From: Macrostomum lignano
Lineage: Eukaryota
DNA length: 41,721 nucleotides
Direction of reading: 5' to 3'
Assembly (NCBI GenBank): GCA_002269645.1
Contig: NIVC01004572.1
Location: forward strand, 1-41,721
The notes under the pieces were generated by a model, which was given only the letters and a program-made list of their open reading frames with translations, did no database searches and was not told the origin of the DNA. The stretch's first letter is position 1; every line of letters starts with the position of its first letter. Both the position numbers and the translations under genes were made by a program. This document shows positions 30,517 to 41,721 of the stretch, one piece after another.

Positions 30517-33284
30517 TCACTTCAAGCCACGAGCCGCGAGCTTCGTCGGTGAAAACGAGCCGCTGTCTTTCAACTGGTCGGGCTGGCCCAGAGGCACCGT
30601 CTGCGGCACATCGAAGGTGACTGCCGAAAGTGTCGAAACCTTTCGACTGCGCCGGGGCCGCGACCGCTGTACCATGTGGCGAGTGGTCTCTGTGGCGACG
30701 TTTACATAGATATTGTCCCCATCAGTCAGTCGCAGGCTCTTAGCGGACCCGTTGGTGCCAAGCTCCATCCATGGGCGAACACCTGCAGTAATTTTAAGAG
30801 ATATAGATAGTGAATAAAAAACAGCTACCTCGCAGCCCTTCAGTTTAGTATGGCCCAGAAAACATCTGTCGAGATAGACGAGAACCTTAATATGCTCAAC
30901 ACAAAGCTGATGCAGTTGTTATTGACGACCGGAGCTTCAAGTGTCCTACCTGGTTTTTGGACCTATCGGGACGCTGCAGCGCGACACGGTCAGGTCCTTG
31001 TCCCGTTTGCTACCAGTATACAGAGGCCTGTGCAATTTCTCCATCCATCCAGAGACCTCCTGTAAGGCCCGTGGCCCCCACTGAGCTTGCCGACGGATCC
31101 ATCAGGGTCCTGTTTGACCAACTGCTCGATTCTAGTTTTGGTGTCGAACCAGAGTCGAAATGGTCTTTTGCCCGTTTGGCAAAGCTATCAAGGTATGTTA
31201 AAGAGCTAAATTCCCATCGAGAGAATTTACTGACGCCGGTGAAGCTGTAGAATTCTTTCTGATTGTAGATGCGAGGGCGTAAATGTCTAGCTAAGAACAG
31301 GAAGCGGAACATGCGGAACCTCACTACTGGATGTACATTCCACTGGTGAAGGAAACAAATATCTAGGTGCAACGCTCACGCATAGCCTTCGTTAGACCAA
31401 GCACGTTGACATTGTCATTGGACGCTCTAAGCGGTGTTTCTTCCAGGCGAAACGGCTATCGGGGCAACCTGGCGGCTCTCTCCCAAGATGCTAAGGTGGA
31501 TCTACACGAGCATCATCCAACCCAGCATTATCTATGCGCGTCTCATCTGGTCCAACGCGTTGGAGCTGAAGACGGTGAGGGATTGGCTGTACTAACTGCA
31601 GGGCAGTAATTGCCGGGACATAACTGATGCGTACCCCCTCCACCCCCTAAGAGGGCTCAAAAATATCCTTAACATGCTTCCGCAGCACCAAGCTGAGGCG
31701 ATGAAAGGCCCGTATTAAGGCCTTGTCCTCTATCAAGCTATCAACCAAATCAGCTTTAAACTACTTTATAAGCTTGCAAAAGCTAGCGATTCTCAATAGG
31801 ATCAACGTGATCTGGACACCAGGCCACAGCAAAATCCGAAGTCATCCGTTAACCTCGTCATTCACAATTGTCTGAGCCACCAACATCAGCTGCACTGGAA
31901 CAGCTGCTCCGAATATCAAAAAACATGCATGAGCTGCGGTGCCTGTTATAAACTGGGGAGTATACAAATTCCTGATCTCTTTAAATAAAACTGATATTAG
32001 GGAGATGTGGATGATCATTGCTGGCCATGGCTTCTTCTACAGTAGACATATTTCACTACAAATTGATTGCTCTGAAATTTGGCCCTATTATAGCTTAGAG
32101 GTGGAAACAGCGGCGCACCACGTCACATTCTGCCCGCACTTCATCAAAGCTCGGAGACATCATCTCGGCTTTCCGTTAAGGTTAGAAGAGCTCACCACCC
32201 CGAGCCGGATCCGTGACCTACGCGCATTCGTCCGGGACTCCGGCCGGATGAAGATCGCAGACGCCACTCTCGCGAGCTCTTCTGCTGCTGGCTTGGATAG
32301 GCGCAGCCCCAAGGCTAACGCCTTGTTTTTTGCTTGGGGTTGCAATAGGGGCCACGGTCTAATCGCGGCGTCGTGCTTCTCGTAAGTAGTAAGTAAGTAG
32401 TAGTAGATGTCTAACAACTGAAACCCGATAATCTAATCCGAACGTAAACTGATGTTTACTCACCGGGGCCAACATTGCCAAAGGCGTCTCCGAACGCCTC
32501 AACCCCGTAGAAGCCGTCAACGCAAAAGTGCAGCCCCAGAAGGGAGGTCAGTCCAAGGCGAGACTTGAGGCCGTGAAAGATGACACCGATTTTTATATTG
32601 ACCCTCATTCGAACCTTAATGCAGTGCGTCCAGATGGGCAGGTACTTCGTTTTATACAGGTCGCTGCGGCGCACTCCTTTCTGGTTGAGCAGGTAGCCAA
32701 CGTACATCTCAGCGTTGCGACGCATGACGCGGAAGTTCAGCACAACATAGCGATAGTAAAGCGGCTGGATCGCCTCCCGGCGGGCCCGGCACAGGGTTTT
32801 CAGATATGGATGGCGAAACACGTTAAGGTCCTGCGGGATGCCAGTAAGTGCTGGATGAACTTTCTCAAGTCCCTACCAAGGAGGCTTAGCAGTTCCAAAT
32901 TCTATGGCTAAGTCGCCGAGACTTTAACAAAATAACAGTCAACTCTAGTTATTCAAGAGGTGCTATGACTACACATTAGAGGATTTGATGCAAATAAATT
33001 CGAGATAAACAATACAGTATGAATCCCCTCACCCCCGGTTTGTCCGGACAGCCATCCTCGTCCACGGGCACAGTGAGTGGTTTGCTAGTCTCGGCCGTGA
33101 GGTGCTCCAGAGTCTCGCCCAGCTCCGAGAGCTCGTTCCGGCTGCGCCGAATCGGCGAGTCGCCAACTGGGGACATGGAAGGCCGGGAGAGTCTCCGCCG
33201 GTCGATGAAGCCAATGTCGAGCTCGATGACCGTGGAGTTGCCGCGCTGGCTCAGACGAGGTGAGGGTGAGTATTCTTCCACCAT
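30517..33284 (-). CDS. Uncharacterised spliced gene; family not recognised, downstream exons uncertain
   Basis: Exon A 33033-33284 ([23 protein letters not shown], donor GTGAGG) joins in phase 0 to exon B 32464-32872 (acceptor ttggtAG; [41 protein letters not shown], donor GTGAGT). Further exon-like segments lie at ~31050-31340 and 30517-30780. Confidence 0.55.
31367..32407 (+). mobile_element. Degenerate 5'-truncated non-LTR retrotransposon (LOA/I-group-like, RNase H-bearing), antisense in an intron of the unknown gene
   Basis: Post-RT motif [34 protein letters not shown], RNase H motif [10 protein letters not shown] (~31808), C-terminal [21 protein letters not shown], and a (TAAG/TAG)n tail at 32384-32407; stops and frameshifts; no TSD seen. 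Confidence 0.8.
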
Positions 33285-33820
33285 TGCGCCCGAGTCTGCG
33301 TGCCGCTGTGGCTGGAGATGGGAATTTCTGCTGTGACTGGGCCTAATTGTAGCCAGCATTCTCCCAGTGAGCGGGCCAGGGCCTGCCACAGACAAATCCC
33401 AAAGCCCAGCTGCTAAGTGCAGCGGGTGTTTGTGCACTTTTGCTTGCCTGCTTTAATTTAGCTTTTATTTCCCTCTAAGTATATGATAATAGCCATTTAA
33501 TAGACAGCTTAATTTAATGGCTATTATTTTATATAAAATCAAATTGCTTATTTTGGCGTATTCCATCTGGTCGACCGTGGTTGCGGGCGGGGTGCGGGGG
33601 GCAGAGCCCCCCCCCCACAATCAAACTATAGACAAACTTCTATGTAGAAATATCTCAAAACAGCTTATACAGTTTTAAATCTTTCTCGCGGGCCATGACA
33701 ATTTTTTAGTAAGAATTTTCTTAAGACAGTCAGCAAGTGAAAGAATGTCTAAAACGGAGAGAAGCAAATGCAACAAAATTGGTCTAACTGCTTTACCGAG
33801 GATTTGTGCTGTTCAATTTG

Positions 33821-35551
33821 CTATGGCTGGCGCTGAAGAAGACTTCGACTTCTCTGATTCTTCAACTCATTCGAGAATCCACCTGCTGCTATATCGGTGC
33901 GTCTATCATTACCTTCGACAAGCCGTGTGGGTGAGTTGCTTGATTCGACCGACTTGGAGCGCAGGATGTCTGATCGAGAATCATCGGTCCCTTTGCCAAG
34001 GTGGCTAGGATATTGTGTCCAGTGCTTTGCAAGGCAACTCTGTTCCAGAAGTAAACCCGAGCAGCGGTCCCACCAGTGAGTTTGTCGCTTCTGATGAGTC
34101 TTGTGAGTCCTCTACTATATAATGCTCACGGAGTGAAGTCTACGAGCGTATCGTCATTTTGAGGGTCCTAAAATTGAAATCCTGTTGAGTGCGTGCAGAC
34201 TTTTTTGAAGCTAGCATGAAAAACTATTGAGAAGAAGCATGAGTTATGCGTTATTCGTTTTCTGTTTTTGTCGTTTTCTATTTGCGGCATCAAATACACA
34301 TGAATTGCTTATTAGTCTATGGTACACATAGTTGTACCATAGACTATTGATTCCTTGCTGCGAAGACGCCCATTAAACGTCAATTAAATAAGCAATCGGA
34401 TTATTAGAGAATACCGAGCGCTCTTATCTCCATTCACTGCGCACTACCACTGAAGTCTGAGCCTGAAGGTAAAAAGCTATGCCAGTAAACAGCGATGTGG
34501 TTTCTAATAAACACATATTTTACCAAGGCAGTTGATACCAAAATTGTACACTCTGGAAAGAAGTGGATGTAGAGATATTCTAGAGCAAAGCAAAGTTTCG
34601 TGAGGAGGCTCTGTTTAGGCTGAGCTCATATAATGAAATACTTTCGACTGGAACAGAAGCTTTGGTGGAGTGGAGCAGCTAAGAGTTTACACCTAAAGAC
34701 TGCAGTGCCCTCTAAGTACTCAAACTCTCCGTTCACCTGGCCATGGGTTGCTCGCCCAGCAGCTTCTCTGGCGCCAAGAAGGGTTCGTGATTTCCATCTG
34801 GCTGTGGCAACTTTGCTGGAGCTTATTGCTCCGTGAGCACTTTTCCTCACTTGCCCATTGCTTTTCTCTTTCAGGCCGCTCTAGGAAAAGGATGAAGAAG
34901 AAAAGAGGTGCGCCCAGCGGAATACATATTTTTGCCTTTTCACTTCTAAGATGCCAAAAGATTATCCTATTGAATCCGCTATTTTCCAGATCGCAGACCC
35001 AAGCCTCGAGTCAGAGGCCACGGCGGAGGTGAGTTGTGCTCAGATTCTTGGTTTTCAAACATTCAGAACATGAAAATGGCAGATACTAAATTTTGATTTG
35101 AAAACTTTCAGACAGTGATGGAGTGCCAGTGAGAATTCCAGCTGCTTTGAGCATGTTTCGCTTCTCTATTCCACTGTTTATTGGTCTTTCAATGCCATTC
35201 AATAATAATGATAAGCTCTCGGTTTTCCTTCCCTCCGACACTTTTTTAGGAGATTGATGACGGCGGCAGCTGCGGCTTTGTGAGCTGGGGCCACCACTTG
35301 AGACTAATTTTTTTGCACTGTCTATGTAGCAATGCCTCATTAGGCTACTATAAACTAATCATCGCTGACAAATGCACTCTGCCTCTATTTCAGAGTGATG
35401 GTGGAGGCGGCGGTGGCTGGGACGATAGCGGAGGCGGAGGCGGCTGGGACGGTGGTGGGGCGGAGGCGGCTGGGACGGTGGTGGGGGCGGAGGCGGCTGG
35501 GACGGTGGTGGGGGCGGAGGCGGCTGGGACGGTGGTGGCGGTTTCGACTGA
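33821..35551 (+). CDS. Tentative small uncharacterised multi-exon gene ending in Gly-rich GGGGWD repeats
   Basis: ATG 33821 MAGAEEDFDFSD..RQAVW|GTGAGT; candidate exons ~34009-34075 and 34885-35028 (EKDEEEKRC..IADPSLESEATAE|GTGAGT); last exon 35394-35551 SDGGGGGGWDD..WDGGGGFD*, which needs one G added at 35457-35460. The middle of the model is unresolved. Confidence 0.4.
35424..35540 (+). repeat. 27-bp tandem repeat (~4 copies), probably coding G7WD-type units
   Basis: ggcggaggcggctgggacggtggtggg repeated; the period is a multiple of 3. Confidence 0.8.
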
Positions 35552-37441
35552 AGCGATTGACGCGTCGCGGACTGGGGCATGTGGGAAGACGATACAAAAC
35601 TCTGCGGCTAAAAATTCCACTTAGGGCTGGTACAATAATTCAGCTACAGAATACGTCATTTGACACGATTTCTGTGCACGTTGGTTTTGTTATTTTGTTG
35701 TTTCGACTTTCCTTGATTTTACTTTTATTCTAAAACTATCTAGAAGTAATTGATGTCACAGTAATTGGTTTATCACGATAAAAAACAACTTTCCAAGAAA
35801 TTCTCTTAAATCGAGATTTTTGAACAAACTCAGGCCTCTCACGCTGCACTAGCAAGCGAATGATTTTTTTAGCAAGCACGAAAAGGGAGTGCATTTGCTC
35901 TGTTAAGATTGAGAATGGGGTCTCACAGAGTTGTTAACAATAGAGTAGTGAGCAAGGGTTTGAGATAGACGCACCCTGTAACAGGAGCGGAGCAGGACTG
36001 CAAAAATGTTTAGAAAGAAAAACTCGCAAAAAATGCTTCTGACCTCAAAGTACGTCGGTCACTTGGCTGAGCTCGGAATGTAAAAGCATCAATTAAGTTA
36101 TGAAGAACATTGTAAGAAAAAATTACTTACTGTATTTGCAAGTATTTGAGCACAAATGTCTCATCGGCTGCTAGGTTACTACTATAAGTATTATATAGCA
36201 AGACACGGCCTCCAGACGAGAAACCGATGTCAGATTTAAGCGCCGGACTGATTTTTTAAAATTTTTGAGTCTTCTCCAGCCTACGTCCGCTAAGCCTGGA
36301 ATAGGCCTGTTTCAAAGGGTAAAGAAAGTCTATTCTCAGTACAAAAAATAAAATCAAAATCTTGTTTTGCAGAACATGGTTGATACAGCATCCCTCGTGT
36401 GCAATTCCATGCGAGTTCGCAATCAGCTACAAGAGAACCGAAATCGATTCAATATGAGGATAGACTCTGAGTATAAATTTCATCTTGGCTTGCGTGCTTA
36501 TCAGCTAACCAAAGTGTTTTGAAAAATGCAGCCGAAAGTTGCGATTTAAGACACTTCTGAATGGAATCTGCCGAAGCTGTGAGGGTTAAGAGCTGCTTGA
36601 ATGAGCTGCTTGAATTGATGAGCGGCTGCATGGAACAAGCGGAAAGCGGCATCACGTGACTGAGCAGCAAAACAACTGAGCCATGGCTATAAATAGATTC
36701 ACCCAGTTGCAGTTGAGAAGGAGAGCAATAAACAGACGTCCAAAAAGAGAAACAATAGCCAGTGTTCGCTCCAAGGGATTTCACCCGAGAGATTTGGCCA
36801 ACGATTTAGTCAAAATCTTTCACAGGGAGACCTGACCAGCGAAGCTACTGCACTGCAAACTGCCGACGCATTCTTGACAGTGAGCTGTGAGCACAAAAGT
36901 GTTTGTCTTGCATTCTCGGTGTTTTTCAAACGCTTCGGAGCGGCTCCATGGGCCTCGGTCAGCTGCAACCGATCACCGTGCAGCAACCGCCACATGCATT
37001 TAGCTTGCGATCGCTGCCTCAGTTCGCAAAGTGGATGTTGCATCAGTTCAGAGGGGTTCATGTGCATTAGCACTAGAATGCATTGTCTATACGAGGTACA
37101 CTCGTAGTGCACCGCAGTCCTCACCCCTGACAGCTAACTCCGATTCCGCCAGCTAGAGCTGGTAACTGTACTAACTGGGGTGTTTGCCGCCCTCTCTCAC
37201 CCGCTTAGTCCACAGCCTGCCTCTCAGCCCAGCCCATTGGCCCAGTTGGCAAAGCCAGTGGAGGAGAGGGACAGAGTGGGATAAAACAGGTAGAAAAGAA
37301 AATTAAGAATGAGGAGAGCCGGAATCAGCCCATAGCCCCGTCAGCGCCAGGCACTTAGCAGCCCCTGCCTGGCCCCTTTCAGGCACAAAGAGGCGGCTGG
37401 TAGCAAAGCTCAGACCAGCCTCCTGAGGGCGTCATCACGGC

Positions 37442-40400
37442 ATGGCTCACGCCAAGGTTGCGCCACAATCGCTGACTGATGATGAGGCGGAGATTCTGAG
37501 AAGTACGCGACCCGAGGATCAGGATCGAGTAAGGATTTCAGCTGATTGTAAATTTCCCACACGGATCTCTCTGGCTCCTTTCATTTAGGTTGGCGCACTT
37601 TGAGCTGTTGGGCACGAATAAAAAACTTGTTTCCATAGCAACCCTGTGCTTTAGAGGCAAAGGAAAGAGCTTTTTCTGCTGTTTTGGTAAGCCGGAGGGA
37701 CTTCGTGTTAACCACCTTTTAACCACCCGAAAGTAGAAATACAAAAGACAAAAGCAAACCTGACAACAAAAGGCAGCAAAAGTAGGAAGTGGCTGGGAAA
37801 TCCTGGCGAGGCGGATCAAAGCGGCTCTTTTCCACATCATTATTGCCGTTTGCCTCGGATTTCAACTGGGCTCTGATGTGAGATGCTGGAGCCAACCAAT
37901 AAAAGTACATTTTAATGCCTGCGTGCCCTTGAGCCATGAGCCTAGCATGCTGCAGCAGCTGCAGGATTCCGTGAGAAAGCCCCAGGTAGAGAGGCCACTA
38001 GAGCAGCGGGAAAGCAACTGCTGCAAGAAGAGATAAAAATGAGTTCTCTGTGGCAGCGGTACCCAACTTAAGCGAAGAGATGCTGAGTAGTACTGGCACA
38101 AGAGTGGAGAAGACATGCGATTGCCTGTCATGAGTACAGTCCCAGAAATAATGCTCTCTTCTTTCTGGCATTCAGACCATTCACCAAGCAACCCCGACCT
38201 CTCGACAGCCTGTGAAAACAAAATTTCTGCCCTCATTCTCTGCATTTCTGCAGTGGGGTGTTCCCGGTTTGGGGTAAATCGCGTGAATGTGACATTCCCA
38301 AAGTCCACAAGCTTATTTGAACCAAGGAGCTGTATCTTTACTCAAGTCTATGCCGTGTCAAATCGATATCCAGCCGAGTTTACGGGAGGTACTGGAGAAA
38401 TCAAGTCAATAAAATGAAATTATAAAACGTCGAAATGCAAATATTCAGTAGATGAGGAAACAGCACATTATGTTCTGTCAGAGTTAGTGAGTAAACTTGA
38501 CAGGCTGAAATATAAAATAGACTGTTAGCACCTCTACGAACGTGCTCCCCCATGCTTGCAGAGACACGAGATCTTCTCCAGCAGGCTAGCCGGCAGCCCG
38601 CACCAGAACGTGCTGGACCTCTTCCTGACCGGGGAGCGAGTGTCCTGCACCCAGCCTTGCTTGGGACGGCGAGACGGCGAGCGCTCGCCCTACACCTGGC
38701 TGTCCTATAGAGAGGTAGGCGCTTAGAAGGGGCCTGATTGGAACATTAGCTTGATTGATATTTGGATTCCAATCGATTTAAGCGAATGGACTTTTGCCAG
38801 CCATCAAGAAAATTGATACGCTGTTTCCCGCTAATGAGGGGCTTGTCGGGATTTGCAGTCAGCGAGGCGGAAAGCTGTAGTGCTGCTTCAAGCACTGACA
38901 GTAGATCAGATTTATACAATAGTTGAATCTTGAGGATAGATATAGCTAAAACTATAGACAAAGTCTAGCTGGAACTGTGAGCACAGTGAGTTTTGTGGCC
39001 TCTAGCAAAGGAAGTTTTGTCAGTCCCAGCAACTGGACTTGTTCAGAAACCTATGCGGGTTTTGAGGTAAGAGAGGCCAACACAGCCGTTTACCCACCGG
39101 TTACAGGTGCTGCAGCAGGCCCGCTGCGTGAGCCACTTCCTCACCGGGCAGCTGCATCTTCGACGCGGCGCTTTCGTGGCAATCTGGTCGAAGAACCGGA
39201 CCGAGTGGGTGACGCTGGAGCTCGGCTGCTTCATGACGGGCCTCGTGCCGGTGCCACTGTATGACACGCTCGGCGACGAGGCCTGCGACTACGTGCTGAA
39301 GCAGACTGGCGCGGCCGTCATGCTGTGCGAGGGCCGGGCTCAAGCAGCCGGACTGACTCGGCTCAAGTCGGGCGCTCAGATCCAGCACCTGATTCAGCTG
39401 GACTTCGCCGAGGTGGCCAACAGTGAAGTCGCGGAAGGCCCCAAGGTCTGGAGCTGGTCGGACGTGCTGAGCACCGGCCGAGAGCTGGAAGAGCGGCTGG
39501 CACAGGCTGGAAAGCAGCAGGAGCAGCCGGTGGGCAGGGCCGACCTGGCTGTTCTCTGCTACACCAGCGGAACTACAGGTGGGCGGAAAAAGCGATCAAA
39601 GTATGATTAACTGACCGTACTTAATTGCAAAGGAAGCTGTCTATTGGCTTTTCTGCTGCTCCAGAGGATAGTTTCAAATTCAAGTCCCACGAATACTGCG
39701 GTTATTCCTTGCATTCTGTTCTCTGCAGCCATTGCAAGACTTCATTCATAAGCCCTTGAGGCATCTCGCGCATGCACATCATCACCTAACAATGTAACAT
39801 CAGTGTCTTCAGTAGATAGTGCAGCGCAAGAATATCAGAGGGCAAAAAATCATTTTTTGAGTCATTCCTTATTCCCCTCGCAGCGAGGATTGAAATTAAC
39901 TTCAGACGAACTTAATTATCATACTAACATCACCCCTCAGGCCCACCGAAGGGAGTGCAAATCACACACGGAAATCTGGTGGCAGAGGTTCTCGGGATGC
40001 ACGAGTTCTTGGTGGCTCATGGAGGCCAGGTGAGCATGAGCATGAGTGCTATGAGTGCTAGTACGAGTACGAGTTATCAGTATCAGTATCTGTATCCCGG
40101 AGCAATTGCAGTATCAGTGGGTAGAGAAAGAATTTCCGTCCCCAGACCAACCTGCTTGCAGCTTAGCTTGTTGCGGGAGGGAATCCGATGCCCATTCGCT
40201 AATTGTACCAAGCTTAAAATCTGATCTTAATTCCATTATCTACTGGAATTCAAAGCGGTCCAGCGTAAATTGCCTGAGACTTCAAAGCAAAATAGCGCAA
40301 AAACTGCCTTTGCCAGCACGCACCTGTGCCTCACCACGACGACGTGTACCTGAGCTACCTGCCGCTGGCGCACATCTTCGAGCGCATTATGCAGCTGTTC

Positions 40401-41537
40401 TGCTTCATGCAGGGCATGCGGATCGGCTTCTTCCGCGGCGACATCGCTGGCCTCACAGCCGACATGCGGGAGCTGCAGCCCACCGTCTTCTGCACCGTGC
40501 CGCGACTGCTCAACCGAATCTACGACCTGGCGCACGCCAACGTGGCCGGCAGCTGCCTGAAGTCGCTCATCTTCAACCTGGCGCTGCGCAAGAAGACAGA
40601 GGAGGTTGACCGCGGCGTTATCCGCAACAACTCGATGTGGGACTCGCTGGTCTTTTCCAAGGTGCGCGAGCCACCGCCGCGGGCATCGCCTCGTCATTGT
40701 GGGTTCCGCGCCGCTCGCCGAGTCCGTCATGCGGTTCGCACGAGCTGCCTTCGGCTGCCCCGTCATGGAGGGCTACGGCCAGTCTGAGGCCACCGGCGGC
40801 TCCACCTGCACTCCGCCGACCTGCGTCTCGACCGGCCACGTGGGCGTGCCTCTGTTTCAGAATGCCGTCATGCTGCAGGTATCCGGGTTCTGGGTGGGGC
40901 TGCTGGTAGTGGACTGGAGGCATGCACATTTATTTTTCCCAACAGTTTACTTCGGCGATTGTGTATTCAGTCGCTCAACACTCTACATGTACAAGATTCA
41001 TCGTTTTTTCATCGTTTAGCGCACCCCTTCCTGCCGCGCAGGACGTCCCTGAGATGGACTATTTCTCTCGGACGGCCGTGGTGAGGTCTGCGTCCGGGGG
41101 CCAAACGTTACCAGCGGTTACTTCGCCCGCCGGACAAGACGGCTGAGGCCATCGACAGCGCTGGCTGGCTGCACACGGGCGACATCGGCGAGTGGCTGCC
41201 CGGCGGGCTGCTGAGAATTATCGACCGCAAGAAGCACCTTTTCAAACTGGCGCAAGGCGAGTACCTGGCGCCCGAGAAGATCGAGCAGGTGTACGCTACC
41301 TGTCCTACCATCCAGCAGGTGTACGTTGACGGTGACAGTCTGGAGAGCTGCGCGCTGGCAGTGGTAGTGCCCAGTGCCGAAGCGGCACAGGCCTGGGCGC
41401 ATCGCCATCGCGAGGACTCGGCGGGCTCGCCTGAAGTTGCTATGACAGCCGCCTGCGGCAGCGAGGAATTCAAGCAGGCAGTGATGCAGGAGATGCTGGC
41501 GGCGGGGAAGGCGGCTGGTCTAAAGTCGTTCGAACAG
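37442..41537 (+). CDS. ACSL: Long-chain-fatty-acid--CoA ligase (ACSL1/5/6-like); 3' end lies beyond the window; frameshifts in this sequence
   Basis: Exons 37442-37528 (probable start, donor GTAAGG), 38562-38714 (PCLGRR..PYTWLSYRE), 39107-39578 (LVPVPLYDTLG..YTSGTTG P-loop), 39941-40029 (PKGVQITHGNL), 40317-40878 (YLSYLPLAHIFER..VPRLLNRIYD..GSAP..EGYGQSE..GHVG), 41042-41537 (GEVCVRGPNV..GWLHTGDIGEW..IIDRKKHLFKLAQGEYLAPEKIE). Confidence 0.92.
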
Positions 41538-41721
41538 GTGTGAAACTGTTGCCACTTTTTCGTCTTTTTCAATTAAAGCCTTCAAAATACCACTGTTATC
41601 ACAGAAATCTGCGGCTGTTAGAGCCTCTGCAATTTTAGCCACTTGATTAGGCCTCTCGATAGCGGACCCGCTCTGAACCCTAATCCAGGCAGGATCGGCT
41701 TGTTGTGAATTATGATAGGCT

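Noticed and set aside
34090-34150. CTGATGA followed by a stem, as in a hammerhead ribozyme
   Set aside because: No GAAA core after stem II and no stem I/III pairing found; other CTGATGA hits also lack it.
36449-38417. Series of minus-strand ORFs suggesting another gene
   Set aside because: No consistent splice phases or recognisable motifs, and part lies within the probable ACSL first intron; not excluded, but unsupported.

Overview
Eukaryotic (animal) genomic DNA with GT-AG spliced genes, GC-rich exons, short introns and many minisatellites. This style suggests a flatworm such as Macrostomum, which is inference only. In order: (1) a 5'-incomplete polycystin-1-like (PKD1L) gene on + with TSP1 repeats, GAIN/GPS, PLAT and a polycystin channel domain; (2) an intact 5-exon, 212-aa Rab2 on -, whose 5.65-kb first intron holds a decayed Ty3/Gypsy LTR element with a nested LINE fragment (11-bp TSD); (3) a SYD-1/RhoGAP100F/SYDE-type C2-RhoGAP gene on -, whose probable last exon contains a coding (VSPAP)n minisatellite; (4) a ~40-bp minisatellite and a very homogeneous 46-bp satellite; (5) an unidentified spliced gene on - interrupted by an antisense LINE fragment; (6) a tentative small + gene ending in Gly-Trp-Asp repeats; (7) a 3'-incomplete long-chain acyl-CoA synthetase on +. 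The PKD1L and ACSL genes carry many small frameshifts, mostly 1-nt deletions in short base runs and clustered near the window ends. These look more like long-read consensus errors than true pseudogenisation. I found no CRISPR array, rRNA or tRNA and no clear-cut novel multi-gene system. The best leads are the TSP1-GAIN polycystin with a degenerate GPS plus a polybasic site, and the coding repeat that offers a ladder of in-frame splice acceptors.
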